NCBI GenBank assembly: GCA_040260805.1
Contig: JBDQPD010000097.1
Coordinates: 1-13,363, forward strand
DNA: 13,363 bases
DNA from: Myxococcota bacterium
GTDB taxonomy: Bacteria; Myxococcota; UBA4151
Direction of reading: 5' to 3'
Numbering within the stretch: position 1 is the stretch's first letter; every line of letters begins with the position of its first letter. The notes below the pieces were generated by a model. The model made no database searches. It worked only from the letters and a program-made list of their open reading frames with translations, and was not told the DNA's origin. The position numbers and the translations under genes were made by a program. Of the stretch, positions 1 to 8,508 are shown one piece after another.

Positions 1-83
1 ATGGAGCATAGACGCCGCACGATCGCGCCGCCGATGAAACCACCGCCGCCGGTGACCAGGACGGGATGAGCCCGCCAGCTCAT
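1..83 (-). CDS. oleD: OleD, 2-alkyl-3-oxoalkanoate reductase (extended SDR / 3-beta-HSD-like), N-terminal fragment running off the window
   Basis: Not in the ORF track. Manual translation from ATG at 83 gives MSWRAHPVLVTGGGGFIGGAIVRRLCS..., with a Rossmann TGxxGxxG motif. The ATG overlaps the oleC stop (ATGA, 80-83), which is the expected oleD position. Confidence 0.85.
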   Translation of the reverse strand, partial: MSWRAHPVLVTGGGGFIGGAIVRRLCS

Positions 84-1735
84 ACTGACGAGCTCTTTGC
101 GGCGATCGCAGCCAGCTTTTCACGGCCGATCTTCGCGTTGTGACGAATGTCTACCGGGAAGCTCGGGTGAAACAGGATCGTTTCGATACAGCGGCTTTGA
201 TCATGCTCAGCGGCGAGCCTGAGCAGCTCAAGCCTGAGCGACTCTTTGTCGGAGGTTGACCTCACCGACCGCTCGGCTTCGACGAACAAAACGGGGCGCT
301 GGGCTCCAGGCGATCCCACGCCTACCAGCGCGGTGCGATGCACCATGGGATGAGCATTGAAGATGCCCTCAACCGCCACCGTGTAGCGATCACCGTCGGC
401 GAGGCGCACCCGCTGCGACTTACGACCACAGAACCAGAGGCGATCGTGTTCATCGAGCCAGCCGAGGTCACCCATGCGATGAATCACACCTCCAGAAGTG
501 CGCTCAATCTTAGCCAACTGGGTCGCTTGCGCTCGACCAAAGTAGGCCTTGGTCACCGCCGGAGAGGCGACGCAGACCTCGCCAATTTGACCGCGTTCTA
601 CGCACTGGAGTTGCTCCTCGTGCTCGATCGGCTCGTCGCTGATGGGCGCGATCCATAACTGGACGTCTCCGGCGAGCTTTCCGACGCACACACCAAAGCC
701 CAACGCGCTCTGCTTGGCGGTCTCAGCGAGCACCTCGCGGCTCTCAATACTCGCAACCGGCAAGGTCTCCGTGGCGCCATAGGGCGTGACCACGACCGCA
801 GAATCAGGGAGCGCTGAGCGCATGCGCTCAAGGACCAATGCGGGAACCGGAGCGCCCGCCGAGATCACCCTCTTAAACCCACCGAAGGATCGTTTTTTCG
901 ATTCGCACCAGCGGCTGAAGGTGTTCAGCAGAGCGGGTGAGCCAAACATCGTGTTGGCGCCTAGTTGTTCGATGGCGTCAGCAAGAACCTCAGGGTTGAC
1001 CTGCGCCGGTCGCGTAAAATCCATGGGGGGGATAATCGAGGTCGTTCCAAGCGCTGGAGAAAACAGCGCGAAGAGGGGAAAGGTCGGTAGATCGATCTCT
1101 CCGGGCTCGATATCATAAAGATCCCTGATCATCCGCACCTGAGCTGCGAAATTGCGGTGCTCGTAGATGACCCCTTTTGGGGTCCCAGTGCTGCCGCTTG
1201 TGAACAAAATAGCGGCATGATCCTGCGGCTGAACTTCAACCTTGGGGACTGCATCCTGACCATGGCGATCCATCAAGCTGCTCAAGCTGTGCTGAGCCCA
1301 GAAGCCCTTTGAGCCGACGCTGATCGTCAGCCGCACGCTCGCTTTGCCCCAGCCTAAAACCAGGCGTGCAAGATGGGCTGGGGGGATCCCTATAAAGGCT
1401 TCGGGTTTCGCCTCGCCAAGGCAAGCTTTGAGCGCCTTCAAACCGATCCCTGGATCGATCAATACAGGCAGCGCGCCGAGCTGGAACAAGCCGAAGGTTA
1501 GGCTGAAGAACTCAAGACTTGGCTTAACCATGACCGCGACGTGCATTCCCTTGCGGACGCCCACACCATGGAGGGCTTTCATGGTCTCCTCGCAGCGCTC
1601 GTTGAGCTCGGCGAAGGACACCGGCTGATAGCTGACAGGGGGTTGGTCTTTGAGCGTCTTGGGCAGCCACAAGGCTACCGCGTCAGGCTGTGCGCTAGCC
1701 ATCGCAGGCAGCGCCCCGGCGATCGTCTCAGGCAT
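80..1735 (-). CDS. oleC: OleC, olefin beta-lactone synthetase (ANL/AMP-forming ligase family)
   Basis: 551 aa with FTSGSTGTPKG (A3 P-loop), YGATE, HRMGDLG, and the OleC-type C-terminus FPVDIRHNAKIGR. It lies between the oleB-like and oleD-like genes with overlapping start/stop codons. Confidence 0.92.
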   Translation of the reverse strand: MPETIAGALPAMASAQPDAVALWLPKTLKDQPPVSYQPVSFAELNERCEETMKALHGVGVRKGMHVAVMVKPSLEFFSLTFGLFQLGALPVLIDPGIGLKALKACLGEAKPEAFIGIPPAHLARLVLGWGKASVRLTISVGSKGFWAQHSLSSLMDRHGQDAVPKVEVQPQDHAAILFTSGSTGTPKGVIYEHRNFAAQVRMIRDLYDIEPGEIDLPTFPLFALFSPALGTTSIIPPMDFTRPAQVNPEVLADAIEQLGANTMFGSPALLNTFSRWCESKKRSFGGFKRVISAGAPVPALVLERMRSALPDSAVVVTPYGATETLPVASIESREVLAETAKQSALGFGVCVGKLAGDVQLWIAPISDEPIEHEEQLQCVERGQIGEVCVASPAVTKAYFGRAQATQLAKIERTSGGVIHRMGDLGWLDEHDRLWFCGRKSQRVRLADGDRYTVAVEGIFNAHPMVHRTALVGVGSPGAQRPVLFVEAERSVRSTSDKESLRLELLRLAAEHDQSRCIETILFHPSFPVDIRHNAKIGREKLAAIAAKSSSV

Positions 1736-2624
1736 CGTCGGGGGTGCTCAAGAAAGCGTCGATACGTGCCAGGATCGCCTCACCAGCATCTTCGAGTACG
1801 TAATGACCACAGTCCTCGTAGCGCTGCACCTCTGCATGCGGCCAATGCCGCTGCCAGGTCTCTAAAAACCGTTCGGTAAAGACAAAGTCTTTGAGACCCC
1901 AGCAGATCAAAGCGGGTCGGTCGCTAAACTGACGCAAGCCTCGCTCGACGGCGTAGACCGTTGCGTACGCCTGATCGGTCTCGCTCAAGGGAATATCTTC
2001 GACAAAGCGCCTCGTGGCGACCCGTCGGTCCGAGGCCTCGTAGGGCGAGCGATACGCTTTACGGACCTTACTCGAGACCTTCTTGGAGAAGGCTAGATAG
2101 GATGCCGAGCGCGCAAAGAAGCTGTGGTGTTCGATCAACCAGCGACCGACTCGGCTTCGAGCAAAACCGATAGCGAGCGGTAAGGGTTGATCGTCGGGCA
2201 GGCGAAAGCCCGCCGTATTGAGGATCACAAAACGGCGAATACGCTCTGGGTGGCGATGCGCCCAAGCCATGCCGATCATGCCGCCCCAGTCGTGAACAAC
2301 GAGGTCGACCAAGCCTTCAGGAACACGCTCCGAGATCAGCCGGTCTAAATCGTCGACTCGGTCGTCTAGGCTGTATCCGTAGTCGTCCTCAGCAGGCGCG
2401 TCCGAGCGTCCGCAGCCGATGTGATCAGGGACGATGCAGCGAAAGCGGTCGGACAAACGAGCGACCAGCTGGCGGTAATAAAAGCACCAGGTCGGGTTTC
2501 CATGAACCATGATGACCGGATGACCAGAGCCCTCGTCCAAGAAGTGCTGGCGCTTGCCCTCTTCTCCGATGAAATGACCCGTGTACGGCATCAACTCCTT
2601 GAGGGAATCAGCCATGCTCGTCAC
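1728..2624 (-). CDS. oleB: OleB, beta-lactone decarboxylase (haloalkane-dehalogenase-like alpha/beta hydrolase)
   Basis: Motifs HGNPTW, HDWGG (Asp nucleophile) and GHYVLED (catalytic His). The start was reassigned from 2762 to GTG at 2624 (GTGA overlap with the oleA stop); ATG at 2615 is an alternative. The stop overlaps the oleC start (ATGCCTGA). Confidence 0.88.
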   Translation of the reverse strand: MTSMADSLKELMPYTGHFIGEEGKRQHFLDEGSGHPVIMVHGNPTWCFYYRQLVARLSDRFRCIVPDHIGCGRSDAPAEDDYGYSLDDRVDDLDRLISERVPEGLVDLVVHDWGGMIGMAWAHRHPERIRRFVILNTAGFRLPDDQPLPLAIGFARSRVGRWLIEHHSFFARSASYLAFSKKVSSKVRKAYRSPYEASDRRVATRRFVEDIPLSETDQAYATVYAVERGLRQFSDRPALICWGLKDFVFTERFLETWQRHWPHAEVQRYEDCGHYVLEDAGEAILARIDAFLSTPDDA

Positions 2625-3643
2625 CAGACAAGCTCGCTCATCGCGCAGTTCAGACCCGAGCCGATACCTAAGAGCGCGACGCGGTCGCCGCGTTTGATCT
2701 GACCGGCCTCTACCGCCATACTCAAGGTCAAAGGGACGCCAGCAGGACCGACGTTGCCCCATTCAGGGTAGATCTTAAAACAGCGATCAGAGTCGATCCC
2801 GAGCGTGGCACACAGCTGATCCGTATGCACTCGGCTGACTTGATGAAGTACAAACTGGTCAAAGCGATCAGCCGACCAGCCAAAGAGCTTCCAGGCTCGT
2901 TCCCAGGTCTGCCGGGCGAGCTTGAGGCCTTCGACCAACAAGGTTCGCGTATCCGTGAACATCTGTTCGGTGGTGCCACGGCACAGGTGGCTCCATTCGG
3001 TCGCCGCTTGATTGACGCTGCGCAAGTAGCGATGTCCTTCGGGCGCTAGATCGGAGCGAGACAGCACCATGGCGACCGCACCAGAGCCCAACGTGAGCGC
3101 TGCGAACTCTGCCCGGAACTGCTCCTCAGTGCAGTCTTCCTCTGCCATCCGCTTCATCGTTTGATCGATGACGTGCCGACTGCCTTCACCGTTGACCACA
3201 AGCGCATACTCGATCTGCCCCGTCTCAATCAGGTGAGCGGCTGAGTCCATACCGTTCATAAAGGCCAGACAAGCGTTCCCCAGATCGTAGCTGATGCAAT
3301 CGCTTGAGAGACCAAGTTTACCATGAACGATGCAAGCCGTTGAAGGCTCAATCCAGTCACGGCACACCGACGTGTTGATCAGCAGACCGACCTGGTCTGG
3401 GTTCACGCCAGCGCTCGCCAGCGCCTTACGGGCTGCCATGGCGGCGACATCGCTCGGCTGGACACCTTCATCCCAGAAACGCCGTGCGACGATTCCGGAG
3501 AGCTGCTCAAGCAAACCCTTGTGCACGCCGAGGCGCTCCATGGTTTTGCTCAGCTGCTCGTCGATCCACTCTGACGAGATACGATGGGGGGGTACCGAGT
3601 GTGCGATACTCATCACCGAGACGTTTTCGAATTCCATGTCCAT
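2621..3643 (-). CDS. oleA: OleA, acyl-CoA:acyl-CoA alkyltransferase (thiolase/FabH-like Claisen condensing enzyme)
   Basis: 340 aa with EPSTA (catalytic Glu), NACLAF (Cys), HQVS (His), GNVGPA (Asn) and the C-terminal GIGSGLNC typical of OleA. The start could be ATG 3643 or 3637. Confidence 0.92.
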   Translation of the reverse strand: MDMEFENVSVMSIAHSVPPHRISSEWIDEQLSKTMERLGVHKGLLEQLSGIVARRFWDEGVQPSDVAAMAARKALASAGVNPDQVGLLINTSVCRDWIEPSTACIVHGKLGLSSDCISYDLGNACLAFMNGMDSAAHLIETGQIEYALVVNGEGSRHVIDQTMKRMAEEDCTEEQFRAEFAALTLGSGAVAMVLSRSDLAPEGHRYLRSVNQAATEWSHLCRGTTEQMFTDTRTLLVEGLKLARQTWERAWKLFGWSADRFDQFVLHQVSRVHTDQLCATLGIDSDRCFKIYPEWGNVGPAGVPLTLSMAVEAGQIKRGDRVALLGIGSGLNCAMSELVW

Positions 3644-3697
3644 ATCGACTTTACTTCAGGCGCTCCGCCCTGTGCCAGCGGGTTTAGCCTGCGTCAA

Positions 3698-4702
3698 TTA
3701 CTCGCTCAGAATCGAGCGAGCTTTCGATTTTTCGCTGTCAAATGTGAACGCAGAAAGGATGGTGTGGCTGTCCTCAAGATCGACGATTTTCGGCGCCATC
3801 GTGCGCAAGGCGTTCAGCCGCTCGCTCGAGAAGTTGAGCGTTTTGATCACCTGTCGCACCTGTGAACAGCTGAAGTGGTTTCGCTTGGCGGCGAGACTGA
3901 TCACGCTGCTGCGTTCGCTCTCAAAACTTTGATCCTCTAGATCGGCAAGAAAGGCTTTAAACCTGGGGTTGGACATCGCTTTGGTCGCCTTAACGACCTT
4001 CTTTTTCTTAATCACAGTTTGCTTGTGCCGCGTGTGCGAGCGGCGGTTTGAGTGGCCGTAACTCAGCCTTTGAGGAGCTGCAGCAGGCGCTTGAACGGCC
4101 GGTGCGGCATCCTCTTCATCGTCACCCGTTCCCGCCATGCCTTGCATCGCATTCGCCATGCCCATCATCTGATTGGCCATCCCCGCCATCTGGTTGGGAT
4201 TCACGCCCATGCAAGCCATTGGATTGGAAAAGCATTCTTTGCGCGGCAAACAGGCTCGACGCGTCGTGTTGCCTTCGTCCGGGAGGCAACGAAGGAAATC
4301 CATCTTGATGCCCATCATCGCTGGCGGCTGACATTGGTCATCGGTAGCACAGGGCATCGTGCAGTCTCGACGGCCCATAAACTGTGCGCAGACTAAGGCT
4401 CCTTGGCATTGAGCATCGGTTCGGCACGGGAGACGCGGCGGGCTCTGCACTTGCGCAGGTGCCGTTGAGCGGCCCTTCACGCACACCTTCATGCCGAGGG
4501 TAGCGAAGAGCTTGGCGTCGCAATACATCCCGGCTGGGCACGACCCACAGGTTTGCGAGCAGTAGCTGTCGGAGTTAACCTCAATGCAGGTCCCTGATGC
4601 ACACTGACTCCCGTCGGTGCACGGCCCTTTACCGGCTGGCGTCGCAGCCAGCACGTTGCCGCCGATCAGTAAAACGGTGACGAAGAGTTGAAGACGAAAC
4701 AT
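3698..4702 (-). CDS. Secreted Cys-rich protein with C-terminal DUF4476-like helical domain
   Basis: N-terminal signal peptide (MFRLQLFVTVLLIGGNVLA), 18 Cys in the N-terminal half, and a Met-rich/Ala-Pro linker. The C-terminal ~90 aa (MSNPRF..FESER..FSCSQV..FSSERLNAL..KIVD..FTFDSEK) resembles DUF4476, recognised from memory. AGGGG RBS-like sequence upstream. Confidence 0.75.
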   Translation of the reverse strand: MFRLQLFVTVLLIGGNVLAATPAGKGPCTDGSQCASGTCIEVNSDSYCSQTCGSCPAGMYCDAKLFATLGMKVCVKGRSTAPAQVQSPPRLPCRTDAQCQGALVCAQFMGRRDCTMPCATDDQCQPPAMMGIKMDFLRCLPDEGNTTRRACLPRKECFSNPMACMGVNPNQMAGMANQMMGMANAMQGMAGTGDDEEDAAPAVQAPAAAPQRLSYGHSNRRSHTRHKQTVIKKKKVVKATKAMSNPRFKAFLADLEDQSFESERSSVISLAAKRNHFSCSQVRQVIKTLNFSSERLNALRTMAPKIVDLEDSHTILSAFTFDSEKSKARSILSE

Positions 4703-4760
4703 ACATAGGCCCCTAATCTGGGACGTCTACTGCCATGGGTCTGGCTTGTCGGGTAGGGTG

Positions 4761-5405
4761 CTAATCCCAGATCACTCGTGCGCGACAAGCCCCGAACTCC
4801 GAATCCCAAGTTCTGCGATCATCCTCGAGGGCTTCTCCTGACGCCAAGGGCTTACCCGAGGCATCAAAGAGCTCCATGTAGTTGTCCGAGCCGTCGGTGC
4901 GCGTTGCGATCATATAGACGTCGTCGCCGCCGACCTGATGCTTGCTGAGATAGACGCTCGCCCAGTCGTTCGCCTCGGCGTTGTCGTAGTAGTGCTGGTA
5001 GCTATCTTGGACCGACTGCGGCAGGCGCTCCATGACCCGAGGATCCCGCTCATCGAGGTTGTTGAGCTGGGCGTTGCTCATCTGAGTTAAGTCAAAATCT
5101 GCGAACTGAGCTTTGGCTCGATCCTGCAGAGATTCGCCAGCCTGAGCTTCAAACAGCAAAGGGGTCGCGGCGCCTAGATTGCGCACTCCAGACTTGGTCT
5201 GACCTGAGCTCTCGGCGCTATTCTTTAGAGCCATGAACCGCTGCATCTCAGCGCGCTCGCCGCCGCTCATGCCCTCAAACAATGCGCTGCGCTCCGCTTG
5301 AGCCGTGGAGCCAGACGAGTTCGTCTTCGCAGGTTCTTGAGCGCTTGGGCTCTCTACCGACCGGGGGACTACGGGCGGCGCATTGCCAGAAATTCGATTC
5401 ACCAT
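4761..5405 (-). CDS. Hypothetical protein (disordered S/P/A-rich N-terminus, globular acidic C-terminal domain)
   Basis: 214-aa ORF filling the gap between neighbours on the same strand, with a strong GAGGAG RBS at 5412-5417. Confidence 0.8.
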   Translation of the reverse strand: MVNRISGNAPPVVPRSVESPSAQEPAKTNSSGSTAQAERSALFEGMSGGERAEMQRFMALKNSAESSGQTKSGVRNLGAATPLLFEAQAGESLQDRAKAQFADFDLTQMSNAQLNNLDERDPRVMERLPQSVQDSYQHYYDNAEANDWASVYLSKHQVGGDDVYMIATRTDGSDNYMELFDASGKPLASGEALEDDRRTWDSEFGACRARVIWD

Positions 5406-5411
5406 GGTGTG

Positions 5412-5417
5412 CTCCTC
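5412..5417 (-). promoter_or_regulatory. Shine-Dalgarno GAGGAG for the 214-aa gene
   Basis: GAGGAG 6 nt upstream of ATG 5405 on the minus strand. Confidence 0.7.
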
Positions 5418-5503
5418 AACTCAGACTGCCAAATCCAGCGAACCAAAGGAAGCCGCTGGTCGTACCCAAAGATCATCGGCGGTTGGATCCGAGCGGTGCT
5501 CGG

Positions 5504-7711
5504 TCAATCGGCGGACATCCCTAAATGGTGCATCAAGAAGCTGTACTGGTCTGCCAGCTTTTCGATGGTGAGCGACAAGGCGCGGCCGGATCCGTGTCCC
5601 ACGCGGGTCTCAATACGGATCATCACCGGCGCGTTGCCGCCTTGTGCCTTTTGCAAGGCAGCAGCGAACTTGTAGCTGTGAGCCGGTACCACCCGGTCGT
5701 CGTGGTCTGCGGTGCTGATCAGCGTCGGAGGATAGGCTTGACCGGACTGGGTGTTGTGCACTGGAGAGTACTCGAGCAGAGCCTTGAACTCAGCCGCATC
5801 GTCGACCGTCCCATAATCGCTCGCCCAGCGTTTTCCCACCGTGAAGAGGTGATAGCGCAGCATATCGAGCACACCGACATCGGGCAGCACGGCGCCAAAC
5901 AGTTCGGGGCGCTGCAACATCGTCGCCGCCACCAACAAGCCGCCATTGCTGCCGCCGTTAATACCCAGCTTGCCCGGTGAGGTGACCTTTTCTTTGATCA
6001 GGTATTCACTGGCAGCGATGAAGTCATCAAAGACGTTTTGCTTCTTCGTTTTCGTTCCCGCTTTGTGCCACGCTTCACCGTACTCGCCGCCGCCTCGTAG
6101 ATTAGCGATCGCGTAGACGCCCCCTTGCTCAAGCCAAACGGCTCGACCGACCGAGAAATAGGGCGTGAGCGAGATATTAAATCCACCATAGCCGTACAGG
6201 ATCGTGGGATGAGGACCAGGCTGTAAATCCTTTTTATGGATCAAAAACATAGGCACTTTGGTGCCGTCTTTGCTCGTGAAGAAGACCTGGCGCGAGGTGT
6301 ATGCGCCGCTATCAAAAGCGAGCTTTGGCGCACGATAAAGAGCGCTCTTCCCCGACTTAACATCGAGTCGATAGATTGAAGATGGGCGAGTAAAGTCCGA
6401 ATACACATAAAACACGTCGGGATCATCGACGCGACCGCCAAGCCCCCAGACGCTGCCGATACCCGGCAGCTCAAGCTCGCCAAGGCTCTTACCTTCAAGC
6501 GTAAATCGCTCGGCGACGGCGTGCGCATCTTTCAGAAAACTCAGCAGGAGGTGACCACCCACAACCGACGCCGAGCGTAAGGTCTCAGCTCGTTCGGGCA
6601 CCACCTCGGTCCAGCTCGTCTGCAGCGGTTGATCCAAGGTCATCTTCATGATGCGTTGTTTGGGTGCGCCCGAGTTGGTCTTGAGCCACACGGTGTCGTC
6701 TATTTTACCGATCGGCCACGTGCCCGAGCTCCAGTCCGGCAGCACCACCGTGGGCTCAGCATCTAGATCACTCAGTCGTTTGAACCAGAGTAGGTTTCGG
6801 TTGTCGGTGTCCTTTTTAGCATAAAGCCATAGCAGCTGGTCGTCGTCACTGACCCAGCCGCCAACGTGCCATTCCGGTTGCTCTGGCTGCGCAAACACAA
6901 CCTGATCTTGAGCCTGCTGATCCCCTAGACGGTGGAAGAAAACGCGATGGTTCTCGTTGGTCTGTTGGAGCTTATCTTTGGGCTCTGGGAAGCGACTGTA
7001 GAAGAAGCCTGAGCCGTCTTTTCGCCATGAGATACCCGACCACTTAACCCACTTGAGGGTCTCGGCGTGCTCGCCGGTGACGGTGTCCATAAGCCTGATC
7101 TCACGCCAGTCCGAGCCACCATCTGAGACCATGTAGGCGAGCCAGCGACCGTCTTCGCTCGGGGCATAAGAGCTCAGCGATACCGAGCCGTCTTTGGAGA
7201 AGGTGTTTGGGTCGAGTAAAACTCGAGCTTTGCCCTCGAGCCCTTTGGAGACCATCAGCGTCGAGTGCTGCTGCAGGCCGCTGTTGTGCCGATAATAGTA
7301 ATGAGCGCCCACGCGACTAGGTGCGCCAAAGCGCTCGTAGTTCCAGAGCGCTTTGAGTCGTGTCTTGAGCTGTTCTTTGTGCCCAAGGCTTTTGAGGTGT
7401 GCCTGGGTCAGCTCGTTTTGGGCAGCGATCCAAGCCTTGGTCTGCTCGCTCTTTGAGTCCTCGAGCCAGCGATAGGGGTCAGGCACACTCACCCCATGAT
7501 GGACGTCCGTCACGGTGCCTTCGGCGCTCGCTGGATAGGTGTAGCTTGCGCGATGTGCGCAGGCGCTAGTCTGGATTAGGGCTCCCGCAAGAACAACCAG
7601 CCACAGAGCAGCTGGGCGGTGACGCTGATCACCAAGAGTGCGCCGGCCGCGAGCCGAATGTTTTGCGGCAGATCCGCTAGGGCGAGGACGCCGATAAAGA
7701 ACCCGTGCCAT
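5504..7711 (-). CDS. Prolyl oligopeptidase (peptidase S9A), probably exported/lipoprotein
   Basis: N-terminal DPYRWLE, a beta-propeller region, and the catalytic triad motifs GGSNGG (Ser), DHDDRV (Asp) and GHG (His); also YGYGGF and NLRGGGEYG. A hydrophobic segment ends in TSAC (Cys51). The start is uncertain because it overlaps the upstream gene by 136 nt. Confidence 0.93.
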   Translation of the reverse strand: MARVLYRRPRPSGSAAKHSARGRRTLGDQRHRPAALWLVVLAGALIQTSACAHRASYTYPASAEGTVTDVHHGVSVPDPYRWLEDSKSEQTKAWIAAQNELTQAHLKSLGHKEQLKTRLKALWNYERFGAPSRVGAHYYYRHNSGLQQHSTLMVSKGLEGKARVLLDPNTFSKDGSVSLSSYAPSEDGRWLAYMVSDGGSDWREIRLMDTVTGEHAETLKWVKWSGISWRKDGSGFFYSRFPEPKDKLQQTNENHRVFFHRLGDQQAQDQVVFAQPEQPEWHVGGWVSDDDQLLWLYAKKDTDNRNLLWFKRLSDLDAEPTVVLPDWSSGTWPIGKIDDTVWLKTNSGAPKQRIMKMTLDQPLQTSWTEVVPERAETLRSASVVGGHLLLSFLKDAHAVAERFTLEGKSLGELELPGIGSVWGLGGRVDDPDVFYVYSDFTRPSSIYRLDVKSGKSALYRAPKLAFDSGAYTSRQVFFTSKDGTKVPMFLIHKKDLQPGPHPTILYGYGGFNISLTPYFSVGRAVWLEQGGVYAIANLRGGGEYGEAWHKAGTKTKKQNVFDDFIAASEYLIKEKVTSPGKLGINGGSNGGLLVAATMLQRPELFGAVLPDVGVLDMLRYHLFTVGKRWASDYGTVDDAAEFKALLEYSPVHNTQSGQAYPPTLISTADHDDRVVPAHSYKFAAALQKAQGGNAPVMIRIETRVGHGSGRALSLTIEKLADQYSFLMHHLGMSAD

Positions 7712-8508
7712 AGGACAGAAACCCCCTGCATCGATCGATCGGTTGTGCCCCGAAACTGAGGCTGGTCTAGGGCGACCACCGCGCAGCCAAGGGCGATAAA
7801 GAGAATCAAAATAACACCATCGGTTAGCCCAGCAAAACGCAAGCCGTGGTAGGGCAGAAAGAGCACAAAACCCAAGAGCAAGGTGTTGACCGAGGCGAAC
7901 GCGACGTCGAGATTAAAGGACACCGCACCGACCGGCTCCTCGCCGCGCTTTCGGTCCCGCCGCGACACCAGCCAGCACAGCGCAGCGTGAAACAAGAACA
8001 TCCACAGCGTCGAGCTGTAGGGGACGCCCATCCAGCGCGCCTCGGTGGTCAGGTGTTCTTTCCAGCGCCACCAGGGCATCTCCGGGCCGATGAGGTCGTA
8101 GGGCGTGTACATGACCACCGCAAACAGACCGCACACGACCGCCTCTGGGATCGGATCGAGCCCTAAACGCCTGGCAAAATGCAGGCAGGCATAGACCACG
8201 GTGTGGTACACAAAGGTGATGTAGAGCGGCAGCTTGTGATGATAGAGCATCACGCTAAAGCGCTCATGACCGAAGCTGTCGACGTAGTTGTAGGTGATGA
8301 TCTCAAGGACGACCGCGTAGACCAGGATGGTCAGCCAAGCGTACAAGGGACGCTGGTCTCCGGAACGAAGCGCCTTGAGAACATGAACGACCGTGATCAA
8401 CCAACACCCGAGCAGAGCCATCTCGATGAGCGCGTTGCTTAAGGGAAGACTCGCCGGGCTAAAGAACTCAAGCATCGGCAAGCTGGTGTCGACGACCGGC
8501 AACTTCAT
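7576..8508 (-). CDS. Polytopic membrane protein, CruF (carotenoid 1,2-hydratase)-like / DUF7802-like
   Basis: 310 aa with many hydrophobic segments. The motifs LEII, LPLYI, PYDLIGP..WWRW and GVPYSS recall the CruF-like membrane fold; the family call is from memory. ATGA overlap with the desaturase stop. Confidence 0.65.
   Translation of the reverse strand: MKLPVVDTSLPMLEFFSPASLPLSNALIEMALLGCWLITVVHVLKALRSGDQRPLYAWLTILVYAVVLEIITYNYVDSFGHERFSVMLYHHKLPLYITFVYHTVVYACLHFARRLGLDPIPEAVVCGLFAVVMYTPYDLIGPEMPWWRWKEHLTTEARWMGVPYSSTLWMFLFHAALCWLVSRRDRKRGEEPVGAVSFNLDVAFASVNTLLLGFVLFLPYHGLRFAGLTDGVILILFIALGCAVVALDQPQFRGTTDRSMQGVSVLWHGFFIGVLALADLPQNIRLAAGALLVISVTAQLLCGWLFLREP

Noticed and set aside
2625..2762. 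N-terminal extension of OleB given by the ORF track
   Set aside because: It lies inside oleA and is Arg-rich and atypical; GTG 2624 or ATG 2615 gives a normal-length, coupled OleB.
5489..5503. Hairpin CCGAGC-ACC-GCTCGG right after the peptidase stop as an intrinsic terminator
   Set aside because: Only a 6-bp stem and no U-tract; at most a pause or stability element.
5504..7711. Prolyl oligopeptidase as a RiPP maturation enzyme or macrocyclase
   Set aside because: No precursor peptide or modifying enzymes nearby; it looks like a canonical S9A enzyme.
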